Assembly: GCF_009914755.1 (NCBI RefSeq)
Contig: NC_060928.1
Origin: the human T2T-CHM13v2.0 reference genome, Homo sapiens
Direction: 5' to 3' (one strand)
DNA length: 64,000 nucleotides
This document shows, piece after piece, positions 12,145 through 25,650 of the stretch. A program made the position numbers and the translations under genes. The stretch's first letter is position 1. Every line of letters starts with the position of its first letter. The notes under the pieces are model-generated. The model worked only from the letters and a program-made list of their open reading frames with translations, made no database searches and was not told where the DNA came from.

Positions 12145-13856
12145 TATACCATGATCAAGTGGGGTTTATTCCAGGGATGCGAGGGTGATTTAACATAAAA
12201 ATCAGTAAGTGTGATTCGCCATACAAAGAAAACTGAAAACAAAAACCATATGATCATCTCAATAGGTGCAGAAAAATTATTTGATAAAATTTAGTGTCTC
12301 TTCATGATAAAAATTCTCAACAAACTAGATACCAAAGGAACATGCCTTAAAATAATAAATGCCATATATGACAAATCCATAGCCAATGTTATAGTGAATG
12401 AGGAAAATTTGAGCACATCCTTTCTATGAACTGTAATAAGACAAGGATACCCACTCTCACCACTCCTATTCAACAAAGTAGTGGAAGTCCTAGCTAGAGT
12501 AATCAGGCAAGGGAAAGAAACAAAAGGCGTCCAAATTGAAAAAAGAAAAGTCAAATTATCTCTGTTCACTAACTGATATGATATTATACCTAGAAAATGT
12601 TAAAGACTCTTCAAAAGACTCCTGGATTTTATAAGTGACTTCAGTTAGGTTTTGGATACAAAATAGTTGTAGAAAAATTAGTAGCATTTCCATATACGAA
12701 TAACAATCAAGCTGATAGCCAAATTGAGAACTCAATCCCATTTACAATAGCCACACCAAAAAATAAAATATCTACACATATATTTAACTGAAGAGGTAAA
12801 AGATTTCTACAAAAGGGACTACAAAGCACTAATGAAAACATTATAGATAACCTAAACAAAGGAAAAAACATCTCATACTCATGGGTTGGGAGACTCTATA
12901 TTGTTAAAAAGGCCACAGTGCCCAAAGAAATCTACAGTTTCAATGCAATTCCTATTAAATTGCCAATGTCATTTTTCAAAGAATTAGAAAAAAAAATCCT
13001 AAAATTCACATGGAAGAAAAAAAGGGCCCAAATAGCCAAAACAATCCTAAACTCCAGCTTATATTACAAGGGTATAGTACACAAAACAGTATGGTACTGG
13101 TATAAAAATAGACACATAGATCAATGGAAAAGAATAGAGAATCTAGACATAAAGTGAGATACCTAAAACCTATTGATGTTCAACAAAGTTGACAAAAATA
13201 TACACTGGAGAAAGGACACATTGTTCAATAAATAAGGCTGGGAAAATTGAATAGCCATATGCAAAAGAATGAAAGTCTCATGGTGTAACATTCATGAAAC
13301 ACATATCTCTCACCAAGTACAAAAATTAACTCAAGATGAATTAAAGACTTAAATGTAAGACTCAAAACATAAAAGTCCTAGAAGAAAACCTAGGAAAAAC
13401 TCCTCTGGACATTGGTCTAAGCAAAGAATTTATGAATAAGTTCTCAAAAGCAAATGCACCACAAACAAAAATAGACAAATGAGACTTAACTACATTAAAA
13501 AGCTTCTGCACAGAAAAAATACATAAATAAATAACAGAGTAAACAAGCAACCTGCAGAATGGGAAAAATATTAGCAAGCACTGCATCTGCCAAAAAGTTC
13601 ATATCAAGATTCTACAAGAGACTCAAGTAATTCAACAAGAAAAAATAAACCCATTAAAAATTGGTCAAAGGATATAAATAGGCATTTTTTCAAGGAAGCC
13701 AGCTAAGTGGCCAAAAAACATGAAAAAATGCTCAACATCACTAATCATCAGAGAAATGCAACTTAAAAACCACAGTGTGATACTATCTTAACACCAGTCA
13801 GAATGGGTATTATTAAAAAGTCAAAAGTTGGCTTCAAACTGGATCACTGGTATGTG

Positions 13857-15186
13857 GCTGGCAAGATGGCAGAATAGGAACAGCTTCATTCTGCAGCTCT
13901 CAGTGAGATCAACGCAGAAGGCAAGTGTTTTCTGCATTTCCAACTGAGGTACCCACTTCATCTTACTGGGACTGTTTAGACAGTAGATGCAGCCAACAGA
14001 GGGCAAGCCAAAGCAGGGTGGGGCATCACCTCACCCAGAAGAGCAAGGGGTTGGGGAACTCCCTCCCCTACCCAAGGGAAACCCTGAGGGACCCTGTCAT
14101 GAGGGATGGTGCTATCCGGCCCAGATACTACGCTTTTCCCATGGTCTCACAACCCACAGACCAGGAGATTCCCTCCGGTGCCTACACCACCAGGGCCCTG
14201 GGTTTCAAGCACAAAACTGGGCCACCAATTGGGCAGACACTGAGCTGGCTGCAGAAGTTTTTTTTCATACCTCAGTGGCAGCTGGAGTGCCAGCAAGACA
14301 GAACCGTTCACTACCCTGGAAAGGGGGCTGAGGCCAGGGATCCAAGTGGTCTAGCTCAGTGGATCCTACCCCCATGGAGCTCAGCAAGCCAAGATCCACT
14401 GGCTTGAAATTCTTACTGCCAGCACAGCAGTCTGAAGATGACCTGCGACGCTCAAGTTTGGTGGGGGAAGGGCCACCATTAATAAGGATTGAGTAGGCAG
14501 TTTTCCCCTCACAGTGTAAACAAAGCCACTGGGAAGTTTGAATTGTGTGGAGCCCACCACAGCTCTGCAAAGGCACAGTAGCCAGACTGCCTATCTAGAT
14601 TCCACCTCTCTGGGCAGGGCATCTCTGAAAGAAAGGCATCAGCCCCAGTCAGGGGCTTATAGATAAAACTCCCATCTCCCTGGGAAAGAACACCAGGGGA
14701 AAGAGGCGGCTGTGGGCAAAGCTTCAGCATACTTAAACGTTCCTGCCTGCCAGCTCTGAAGAAAGCAGCAGATCTCCCAGCACAGTGCTCGAGCTCTGCT
14801 AAGGGACAAGCTGCCTCCTCAAGTGGGTTCCTGACCCTCGTGCATCCTGACCGAGAGACAACTCCCATCAGGGTCGACAGATACCTCATACCGGAGAGTT
14901 CTGGTTGGCATCTGGCAGGGGCCCCTCTGGGATGAAACTTGCAGAGGAAGAAAGAAGCAGCAATCTTTGCCGTTCTGCAGCCTCTGCTGGTGATACCCAG
15001 GAAAATAGGGTCTGGAGTGGACCTCCAGCAAACTCCAGCAGACCTACAGCAGAGGGGCCTGACTGTTAGAAGGATAACTAACAAACAGAAAGGAATAGCA
15101 TCAACATCAACAAAAAAGACATCCACACAAAAACCCCATCCAAAGGTCACCAGCATCAAAGACCAAAGGTAGATAAATCCATGAAG
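13857..15186 (+). promoter_or_regulatory. L1 5'UTR internal promoter region, with a YY1-site-like AAGATGGC at 13863-13870
   Basis: GC-richer ~1.3-kb segment ahead of ORF1, with CpGs largely decayed to TpG/CpA; activity not shown. Confidence 0.6.
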
Positions 15187-16211
15187 ATGAGGAAAAACCA
15201 GCACAAAAAGACTGAAAACTCCAAAAACCACAACGCCTCTTCTCCTTCAAAGGATCACAACTCCTCGCCAGCAAAGGAACAAAACTGGATGGAGAATCAG
15301 TTTGATGAATTGACAGAAGTAGGCTTCAGAAGGTGGGTAATAACGAACACCACCGAGCTAAAGGAACATGTTCTAACCCAATGCAAGGAAGATAAGAACA
15401 TTGATAAAAAGTTACAGGAACTGCTAACTAGAATAACCAGTTTAGAGAAGAACACAAATGACCTGATGGAGCTGAAAAACACAGCATGAGAACTTTGTGA
15501 AGCATATACAAGTATCAATAGCTGAATTGATCAAGCAGAAGAAAGAGTAACAGAGAATGAAGATCAACTTAATGAAATAAAGTGTGAACACAAGATTAGA
15601 GAAAAAAGAATGAGAAGGAATGAACAAAGCCTCCAAGAAATATGGGACTATGTGAAAACGTCAAACCTACATTTGATTGGTGTGCCTGAAAGTGATGGGG
15701 AGAATGGAATCAAGTTGGAAAACACTCTTCAGGATATTATCCAGGAGAACTTCCCCAACCTAGCAAGGCAGGCCAACATTCAAATTCAGGAAATACAGAG
15801 AACACCACAAAGATACTCCTCGAGAAGAGGGACCCAAAAACACATAATTGTTGAATTCACCAAAGTTGAAATGAAGGAAAAAATGTTAAGGGCAACCAGA
15901 GAGAAAGGTCGGGTTACCGACAAAGAGAAGCCCATCAGACTAACAGCAGATCTCTCAGCAGAAACCCTACAAGCCAGAAGAGAGTGGGGGCCAATATTCA
16001 ACATTCTCAAAGAAAAGAATTTTCAACCCAGAATTTCATATCCAGCCAAACTCAGCTTCATAAGCGAAAGAGAAATAAAATCCTTTACAGACAAGCAAAT
16101 GCTGAGAGATTTTGTCACCAACAGGCCTACCTTAAAAGAGCTCCTGAAGGAAGTACTAAACATAGAAAGAACAACCAGTACCAGCCACTGCAAAAACATA
16201 CCAAATTGTAA
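15187..16211 (+). pseudogene. L1 ORF1p (RNA-binding chaperone), disrupted
   Basis: MRKNQHKK...ELKNTA* then ...EQSLQEIWDYVK...NFQPRISYPAKLSF; premature TGA at 15487-15489 and a late frameshift. Confidence 0.93.
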
Positions 16212-16274
16212 AAACCATCAACACCATGAAGAAACTACATCAACTAATGGGCAAAATAACCAGCTAGCATCATA

Positions 16275-19200
16275 ATGACAGGAACAAATTCACACATAAC
16301 AATATTAACCTTAAATGTAAATGGGCTAAATGCCCCAAATAAAAGACACAGATGGACAAATTGGTTAAAGAGTCAAGACCCAGCAGTGTGCTGTATTCAG
16401 AAGACAAATCTCACATGCAAAGACACACATAGGCTCAAAATAAGTGGATGGAGGAATATTTACCAAGCAAATGGCAAGCAAAAAGAAAAAGCAGGGGTTG
16501 CAATCCTAGTATCTGATAAAACAGGCTTTAAACCAAGAAAGATCAAAAAAGACAAAGAAGGTCATTACATAATGGTAAAGGGATCAATGCAACAAGAAGA
16601 GCTAACTATCCTAAATATATACGCACCCAATACAGGAGCACCCAGATTCATAAAGTAAATTCTTAGAGACTACAAAGAGACTTATACTCCCATACAATAA
16701 TAGTGGGAGATTTTAACACCTCATTGTTGATATTAGATCAATGAGACAGAAAATTAACAAGGATATTCAGGACTTGAACTCAGCACTGGACAAAGCAGAT
16801 TTAATAGACATCTACAGAACTCTCTACCTCAGATCAACAGAATATACATTCTTCTCAGCACCACATAGCACTTATTCTAAAATTGACCACATAATTGGAA
16901 GTAAAACACTCCTCAACGAATGCAAAAGAATGGAAATCATAACAAACAGTCTCTCAGACCACAGTGCAATCAAATTAGAACTCAGGATTACGAAACTTAC
17001 TCAAAACTGCACAACTACATGGAAACTGAACAACCTGCTCCTGAACGACTACTGGGTAAATAATGAAATGAAGGCAGAAATAAATAAGTTTTTGAAACCA
17101 ATGAGAACAAAGACACAACATACCAGAATCTCTGGGACACAGCTAAAACAGTGTTTAGCGGAAAATTTATAGCACTAAATGCCCACAGGAGAAAGCAGGA
17201 AAGATCTAAAATCAACACCCTAACATCACAATTAAAAGAAGTAGAGAAACAGGAGCAAACAAATTCAAAAGCTAGCAAAAGACAAGAAATAACTAAGATC
17301 AGAGCAGAACTGAAGGAGATAGAGACATGAAAAACCCTTCAAAAAAATCAATAAATCCAGGAGCTGGTTTTTTGAAAAGATCAACAAAATAGACCACTAG
17401 CAAGATTCATAAAGAAGAAAAGAGAAGAATCATATAGACACAATAAAAAATGATAAAGGGGATATCACCACTGATCCCACAGAAATACAAACCACCATCA
17501 GAGAATACTATAAACACCTCTATGAAAATAAACTAGAAAATCTAGAAGAAATGGATAAATTCCTGAACCCATACACCTTCCCAAGACTAAATCAGTAAGA
17601 AGTCGAATCCCTGAGTAGACCAATAGCAAGCTCTGAAATTGAGGCAGTAATTAATAGCCTACCAACCAAAAAATGCCCAGGACCAGATGGATTCACAGCT
17701 GAATTCTACCAGAGGTACAAAAAGGAGCTGGTACCACTCCTTCTGGAAGTATTCCAAACAATAGAAAAAGAGGGACTCCTCCCTAACTCATTTTATGAGT
17801 CTGGAATCATCCTGATACCAAAATCTGGCAGAGACACTATAAAAAAAAAATTTCAAGCCAATATCCCTGATGAACATCAACGTGAAAATCCTCAATGAAA
17901 TCATGGCAAACCAAATCCAGCAGCACATCAAAAAGTTTATCCACCACAATCAAGTTGGGTTCCTAACTGAGATGAAATGCTTGTTCAACATACACAAATC
18001 AATAAACGTCATCCATCAAATAAACAGAACCAATGACTAAAATCACATGATTATCTCAATAGATGCAGAGAAGGCCTTCAATAAAATTCAACACGCCTGC
18101 AAGCTAAAAACCCTCAATAAACTAGGTATTGATGGAACGGATCTCAAAATAATAAGAGCTATTTATGACAAACCCGTAGCCAATATCACACTGAATGGGC
18201 AAAAGCTGGAAGCATTCCCTTTGAAAACCGGCACAAGACAAGGATGCCCTCTCTCTCCACTCCTGTTCAACACATTATTGGAAGTTCTGGCCAGGGCAAT
18301 CAGGCAAGATAAATAAAGGGTACTCAAATAGGAAGAAAGGAAGTCAAATTGTCTCTGTTTGCAGATGACATGATTGTATATTTAGGAAGACCCCATCGTC
18401 TCGGCCCAAAATCTCCTTAAGCTGATAAGTAATTTCAGCAAAGTCTCAGGATACAAAACTCAATGTGTAAAAATCACAAGTATTTCTGTATGCCAATAAT
18501 AGACAAACAGAGAGTCAAATAATGAGTGGACTCCCATTCACAATTGCTACAAAGAGAATAAAATACCTAGGAATACCTCTTCAAGGAGAACTACAAACCA
18601 CTGCTCAAGGAAATAAGACAGGATACAAACGAATGAAAAAACATTCCATGCTCATGGATAGGAAGAATCAGTATCGTGAAAATGGCCATACTGCCCAAAG
18701 TAATTTATAGATTCACTGCTATCCCCATCAAGCTACCAGTGACTTTCTTCACAGAATTAGAAAAAAACTACTTTAAATTTTATATGGAACCAAAAAAGAG
18801 CCCATATAGCCAAGACAATCCTAAGCAAAAAGAACAAAGCTGGAGGCATCACGGTAGCTGACTTCAAACTGTACTACAAGGCTACAGTAACCAAAACAGC
18901 ATGGTACTCATACCAAAACAGATATGTAGACCAATGGAACAGAACAGAGGCCTCAGAAATAACACCACACATCTACAACCATCAGATCTTTGACAAACCT
19001 GACAAAACAAGCAATGAGGAAAGGATTCCCTATTTAGTCAATGGTATTGGGAAAACTGGCTAGCCATATGCAGAAAACTGAAACTGGACCCCTTCCTTAC
19101 AACGTATACAAAAATTAACTCCAGATTGATTAAAGACTTAAACATAAGACCTAAAACCATAAGAACCGTAGAAGAAAGCCTAGGCAATACCATTCAGGAC

Positions 19201-20062
19201 ATAGGCATGGGCAAAAACTTCAAGACTAAAACACCAAAAGCAATGGCAACAAAAGCCAAAATTGACAAATGAGATCTAATTAAACTAAAGAGCTTCTGTA
19301 CAGCAAAAGAAACTGTCATCAGAGTGAACAGGCAACCTACAGAATGGAAGAAATTTTTTTGCAATCTATCCATCTGACAAAGGGCTAATATCCAGAATCT
19401 ACAAGAAACTTAAATAAATTTACAAGAAAAAAAATAGCCCCATCTAAAGGTGGACAAAGGATATGAACAGACACTTCTCAAAAGAAGACATTTATGTGGC
19501 CAACAAACATGAAAAAAAGCTCATCATCACTGGTTGTTAGAGAAATGCAAATCAAAACCACAATGAGATACCATCTCATGCCAGTTAGAATGGTGATCAT
19601 TAAAAAGTCATGACACAACAGATGCTGGACAGGATGTGGAGAAACAGGAATCCTTTTACACTGTTGATGGGAGTGTAAATTAGTTCAACCATTGTGGAAG
19701 ACGGTGTGGTGATTCCTCATTGATTTAAAACCAGAAATACCATATGACTAGCAATCCCATTAATGGGTATATACCCAAAGGATTATAAATAATTCTAATA
19801 TAAAGAGACATGCACATGTATGTTTATTGCAGAACTATTCACAATAGCAAAGACTTGGAACCAACCCAAATGCCCATCAATGATAGACTGCATAAAGAAA
19901 ATGTAGCACATATACACCTTGAAACACTATGCAGCCATAAAAACGGATGAGTTCATGACATTTGCAGTGACATGGATGAAGCTGGAAACCATCATTCTCA
20001 GCAAACTAACACAAGAACAGAAAACCAAACAATGCATGTTTTCACTTATAAGTTGTAGGTGA
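16275..20062 (+). pseudogene. L1 ORF2p (APE endonuclease and reverse transcriptase), disrupted
   Basis: MTGTNSHITILTLNVNGLN (EN start), [21 protein letters not shown] and FADD codons at 18358-18369; many stops and frameshifts. Confidence 0.95.
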
Positions 20063-20594
20063 ACAATGACAGCACATGGACACAGGGAGGGAACATCACA
20101 CACCGGGGCCTGCCGGGGAGTCGGGGAGTAGGGAAGGAATAGCATGAGGAGAAAAACCTAATGTAGATCTCAGGTTGATGGGTGCAGCAAACCACCATGG
20201 CACGTGTATGCCTGTGTAACAAACCTGCAGGTTCTGCACATGTATACCAGAACTTAAAGTATAATTTTAAAAAAGTCAAAAGTGAACAAATGTTGGTGAG
20301 GATGTGGAGAAAAGGGTATCCTTACAAACTGTTGGTAGGAATGTAAGTTAGTACAACCTCTATGGAAAACAGTATGGAGATTTATCAAAAAAACTAAAAA
20401 ATAGAACTATCATCTGATCCAGCAATCCTACTACTGGGTATCTACCCAAAGGAAAAGAAATCATTATATCAAAAAGACACCTGCACTTGTATATTTATTA
20501 CAACATGATTCACAATAGCAAAATCATGGAATCAAGCTAAGTGTCTATCAATGAATACTCAGATAAAGAAAACATGGGGTGAGTGTATTATATA

Positions 20595-20737
20595 CATATT
20601 ATATATATATAATATAATATATATATTATACATATTATATATATAATATAATATATATATTATACATATTATATATATAATATAATATATATATTATGCA
20701 TATTATATATATAATATAATATATATAATATACATAT
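20595..20737. repeat. AT-rich minisatellite, about 4 x 34 bp, inside the L1PB 3' region
   Basis: Unit catattatatatataatataatatatatattata recurs at about 20595, 20631, 20665 and 20699. Confidence 0.9.
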
Positions 20738-21989
20738 CCTACTCAGCCATAAGAAAGAATGAAATCCTGCCTATTGCAGCAACATGGATGGAGTTGGAGG
20801 CCATTATTCTAGATGAAATAACTCAGAAATAGAAAGTCAAATACTGCATGTTCTCACCTATAAGTGGGAGCTAAACAATGGGTACATATAGATGTACAGA
20901 ATGGAATTATACACATTGGGGACTCCAAAAGAGGGCAAGACAGGGAAGAGAATTATAAAATTATCTATCTGGTACAATGTTTACTCTTTGGGCAACAGGT
21001 GCAATAAAAGCCCCAACTTTGCCACTATGCAATATGTCCTTTTAGCAAAAAGTCACTTGGATCATGTAAATCTATAACATAATATTAAAATAACAAAATA
21101 TTAAAATAATAAAATATTTCCTTTAGAATGGGCAGAAATTAGAAAATCAGATAACATCAAATTTTAAGGTTGTAAGAGAATAAAAACTACAACATATATT
21201 TAGGTCAAACATAAATACATAGAACATTACACATATTTAAGGATGCTTAAATATGTAAAGACATTAAAGACATATATTTACACATTAGGGTGGATATCTG
21301 TGGTAAAAAAATGAGCATCAAAATATTAATAAAAAATAATAAAACTAGAAAGAAGCAGAGATCAATGATGACAATATACCATGAATTGAGAAATCTGATA
21401 AATCCAACTCCATCCCTGAGGTCTAAACATTAAAATAAAAAAATTCAAGAAATACAGCAAAAAAGATTTAAAAATTGGAAACTGAGAGAAATTACGTGCT
21501 GTTTTCAAAGTGGTGGATGAATAATATATCTAAATGTCGCAGCACAAGCTGTTTCAGTGAAAGTCAGGATAGGAGTTGAACTCAAGATAGAAGCAAGTAA
21601 TTGAGTAATCAAAGTGTGCAATTGTAGAGTCAATGCCAAGGAGTTAGAAATCTCACAGAAGTAGAGAATAAAGGAAAAGTTCAAAAGTTTGAAAGTTTAA
21701 ATGAGGTACAATGGTATCATGAAAAATTTTTAAATGTCTTGATTCTGTTTTTGCAGTGGAAATATTCAGTAAAGAAGTATGACAGGAGAACTTCTAAATG
21801 AGAATTTTAAAAGCCGAAATGGTTGGTATTAACTATGGTAGAGAAACTATACAGAAATCTAATTTCATAATGTTAAATAATAAAAGAATGTTAGAACAGA
21901 TCAAAATAAAAAAGTTAGAGAAATCATTCAAATTATTGATGATAAAATTATTCATAAAGCACAAGAGAGAAAATTAAGAAGAAATATTC

Positions 21990-22200
21990 TGCAGTGGTTA
22001 AGACTAAGGGTTTGGTGTTGGAAAGCTCAGATTTGAATTTAGGCTTACCTTCACTATTTATTCACTAAGTCACTAGTGTGGCCTTGAGTGAAAACTTATC
22101 AACTCAGTACTTTCTCTTTAAATGGATGTTGGAAGGATTAAATGAAGCAATGCAAATAAATTCCTAGCACATGGTAAATATCACTATCAGCAGCATCAGT
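21990..22200 (+). mobile_element. MIR SINE
   Basis: 'gcagtggttaagac...tgtggccttgagtgaaaactta...aggattaaatgaagcaatgcaaataaa'. Confidence 0.75.
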
Positions 22201-22574
22201 ATTTTGAGATACAGTACCCATACTTAATTTATCTTGGTTTCACCCACAACGCCAAATAGAGCCTCTAGGAAATGTTTAAATATCCAAATGGGAGAAAATC
22301 AATAAATTACTATAAATATATTAAGGATGGCTAGATAGGTAGATAGACACATAGATGCATACATAGGGAGAAAGAAGGATACATAAGAAATAATCTTTAT
22401 AGGATTACTTAAAGAAAATAAAGAAGTCAGAATATCAGTGAGATGATGAAAGACTATTGTCCCAGAAGTCAAAATAAAAGAAAGTGCTGAGGAGAAAAAG
22501 CTATTTATTCTAAATATTTAGCATCTTTAAAATGACTCTAAACACTTTGTACATTCTAATCAGATACAAAAGTT

Positions 22575-22700
22575 AATAGTTGAATGCCAACTATGTGTCA
22601 AGCACAGTCTGATAATGTGGATAGTACCAATTTTAGTTTCCATATAAGAAAATTGAAGCCTAAGAAAGAATAAAAAATTTACCCAAGGTCACACAATGAT
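22575..22700 (-). mobile_element. MIR SINE fragment
   Basis: 'ttgaatgccaactatgtgtcaagcac...aagaaaattgaagcctaag...acccaaggtcacac'. Confidence 0.65.
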
Positions 22701-24352
22701 TATCCAATTTCAAGTTGAGAGCTCCTTCAGGTACATAAAGTACATTTTACCGTTATGTGTTAGTGTTTGAATTTGTTCTTCATGAACATTTTGTGGGATG
22801 AAGCCTTTGTCAATACTAGAAGAGTAATGCTTTATGAGGTAGAAGTTTGCCAGGAGCACCAAGATTATTTGCATTTGGATGTGTGGGTGGGAGAACTCAA
22901 GAACATCTGCTGCCCCTCCATGGGCCAGTGCACAGCACTATAAAAATGCAAAATGTTCTTTTTTTTCTTTTTTGATGAACAACCAGTCCCAAAGGAATCA
23001 CGGAAGGGATAAGGCAGACTTTAAATTGAACCACAAAATCATTTCAAAGCTAATTAGAAGCTACAAATTTGGGGGAAAAAATTTCAATGCAGTGTTCATT
23101 AAGCAAGGAAAGAATGAACTGGCAGGCTGTGTTCCATCCACAGACAGACCATATTAGCTAGCCCAGCACCGCTCACACTTTTGTTTGACTAGCGCGGGCT
23201 TCATTCACACTCAAGAAGTAATTAAAGAGTATAACCTGACTCTCTAATCATTGTAAAATGACCCCTTAGAGTAGGCAATCGTTACATGAAGAACTGTATC
23301 CCAAAGCAGAAAGAGGTTGAGAAATTATAGCGGAATCTAACTGTGGGCATTAAGGACCCTGTGGCGTCAGAGATCAGAGAAGCCTCAGCCAAAATCACAC
23401 CCAGCATCTCTTTTCAAGACAGATGAGTAAAAAGAGACATGAAAATAAGAAGTTGAGAGGCTCTGTGGGATCACAGCCTATGGCCACAGCCCATTGTTTT
23501 ATATTCCATATGTGAGAGACGTTTGCTAACCACCGCACTGCTTGAGTTCACATCCAAAGTCACCATAAGCATCTAAAGAAACTGTCATAGAAACACTGAG
23601 GATTTTGGAAATCACAGATTTTCGAAACAACGCTGAGGCATCTTCCTGCTCTTGTTCAGTAGTGTTGCTCCCACTACTGATGAAAGAAAACAATCATTAG
23701 TCTTTCCTCTCATTCCTGCATGCCTAACCCAGAAATATCACCTTTGCTTTATCAAAGAAGTAATTCTAACACAATTTATATTATTACATTTTATACTACT
23801 AGCTGAAATATATAGTTTTAATCAAATCACTAGTAAAAACAGTGTCCACAAAGGAAAGGCAAACTGGAGCACTGGAATTGATAAAACTTTTTTCAGGGCA
23901 GCCACAACTTACTTACACAGAGGTCAACCCTCTGGAAACTTTCATTCTCTGTAGCATAAACCAGAAGTCACTGGTTGAACACTGGAAGTAACCAGCACTG
24001 AGCACTTTACAGACAATTATATTCATCATAAGTTTATTGAGCACCTACTAGGTTCTTGGTGCTGGGGAGAACATTTTTGATAAGACTGTGACTGAGACTG
24101 CTAATTGTTTACTACAGCATCACTCCAACCCTTCTTCCTAATCGGCATTTAGCTGGGCACATTGCTGCACGTAATAAAAGATTACACTTCCCAGCTTCCT
24201 TTGCTGCTTGGGATAGCCATATTATTGAATTCTGGCCAGTTCTCAAGATGTAAGGGCAGCGTGGCGTGGAACTTCTGAGAAAATTTCCTAAAAGGGAGTG
24301 ACCTGAATTTCTACATTTCCTTCTTTCTGCTATAAGTTATATAAAAGAATTT

Positions 24353-24487
24353 GGCCAGGTATGGTGGCTCAGGCCTGTAATCTCACACTTTGAGAGGCCG
24401 GGGTAGGGGGATTGCTTGAGGCCAGGAGCTTGAGATCAGCCTGGGCATCATAGTGAGAACTTGTCCCTACAGAAAAATTTTAAAATA
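24353..24487 (+). mobile_element. FLAM (free left Alu monomer)
   Basis: Single Alu monomer with A tail; TSD ataaaagaattt (24341-24352) and ataaaaaaattt (24488-24499). Confidence 0.85.
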
Positions 24488-24544
24488 ATAAAAAAATTTC
24501 TGGAGTTACAGAAGCCATTTTGGAACATGAAGTGACATTAAGAT

Positions 24545-24755
24545 CATTAAAATTTTTTCTTTAAGATTTCAAAGGAAGAAGCCAATCCATAGCAATTGGC
24601 TTTGTGGGCCATGAGTCTATCACAACTACTCAACTGCCATTATAGCAGAAAAGCAACATAGACAATGCCTGAAAGAATGAGCATGGCTGTGTTCCAGTAA
24701 AACTCTATTTGCAAAACACTTGGCCATCCTATGGGAACTAGTTTACCAATCCATG
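24545..24755. mobile_element. MER58A-like DNA transposon
   Basis: 'ggctttgtgggccat...caactactcaactgccatt...gcatggctgtgttccagtaaaactctattt'. Confidence 0.8.
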
Positions 24756-25039
24756 ACAAAGAGAGTAAAGTGAGAAGATAAAAGTAGTTTGCATCTTGAT
24801 GATGAAAAGATATTACACAAGCCTTAGACTTCCTAAACTCCAGGTATGCTTTTTATGAAAAAAAATATATATATTTTTTCTATCTTGTTTAAGTCACTTT
24901 TATTCTGGGGTATTTCTCTATTACATAGAGTGAGAACTAGACCTAAGTATTACAAAAGTAGGGTTCCAGAGTCAAAGTGCTACAATTTTGTGTGCCATTC
25001 ATGCAGCTCAATGCTAAATCTCTGCACGGTATGGAACTT

Positions 25040-25650
25040 ATGACATTGAAATGAAAGAATACAGAGGAGAGACGTCTAGTCTAGATGGAGACAGGATTAG
25101 GGGAGGCTTTTTAATGCAAAAGACATTGAAGATGAGTTTAAAGGATGATGAAAGCTCTCTATATGAAGAACATGGAAAACAGTGTTTCAGAAGGAAGCAG
25201 CAGGATGTACAAACATCCTCAAGTGAGAGACCATGAGAGCCAGATCATGAAGAGCCTTATATGCCAAATGAAGAAATCTGAACTTTTTTCTACAATATTA
25301 GCTCATAAAGAAGTGTTTAGGGGCCCAGTGACTATCAGGTTTGCAGTCTAGGAAGATCAATTTGGCTGTAAGTATGAGGGTGATATACATTGGGCAAGAT
25401 GGAAGGTGGTGAGATTAGTTGTGAAGGTTTTGCAATAATCCACAGCAAAGAGGGTGGACCTGGTTAAGGTGACAGGAATAGTGTTGAAAAATGGACTTGA
25501 CAAGAGATATTTAGACATACTGATGGACTGGATAGAGAAGAAAGGTGCTGTACATTAGAAAGATAACCAAACTGAGGCTGAGGTTAGTGGCTTGAAAAAC
25601 TGAAAGAATAGGTATCATTCCTGGAGATCACAAGAAATGTCATAACAAGA
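25040..25650 (-). mobile_element. L2 LINE fragment
   Basis: Purine-rich antisense L2 pattern 'gggaggcttt...gacattgaagatgagtttaaaggatga'; a matching L2 3' end lies at about 24010-24080. Confidence 0.65.

Larger units (their letters stand above)
13829..20269 (+). mobile_element. Full-length LINE-1, L1PA7-like, about 6.4 kb, inactive
   Basis: 5'UTR start 'ggcaagatggcagaataggaacagc', ORF1, ORF2 and 3'UTR '...aacttaaagtataat'; 14-bp TSD AAAAAGTCAAAAGT at 13815-13828 and 20270-20283, at a TT/AAAA endonuclease site. Confidence 0.95.
11238..21085 (+). mobile_element. 5'-truncated L1PB (L1PB4-like) element, split by a THE1 LTR (11781-12144) and a full-length L1PA (13829-20269)
   Basis: ORF2 sequence is colinear across both insertions; ORF 12918..13157 is L1 ORF2 ([18 protein letters not shown]); L1PB-type 3' region 'ggaaaagaaatcattatatcaaaaagacacctgcac...ccactatgcaatatgtcc'. 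Confidence 0.85.
24087..24954 (+). mobile_element. MLT1J-like MaLR LTR containing FLAM and MER58 insertions
   Basis: 'acacttcccagcttcctttgc...gaattctggcca' and the end 'tcttgtttaagtcactttta...acctaagtattaca'. Confidence 0.65.

Noticed and set aside
13821-15231. Several 100-240 aa ORFs on both strands (e.g. 14509..15231, 13925..14407)
   Set aside because: They lie in the GC-richer L1 5'UTR and are typical shadow ORFs with no recognisable domain. I cannot verify a match to L1 ORF0.
20085-20135. G-quadruplex-like G runs (also C runs near 53146-53170)
   Set aside because: This is the standard G-rich tract of L1PA 3'UTRs and is not locus-specific.
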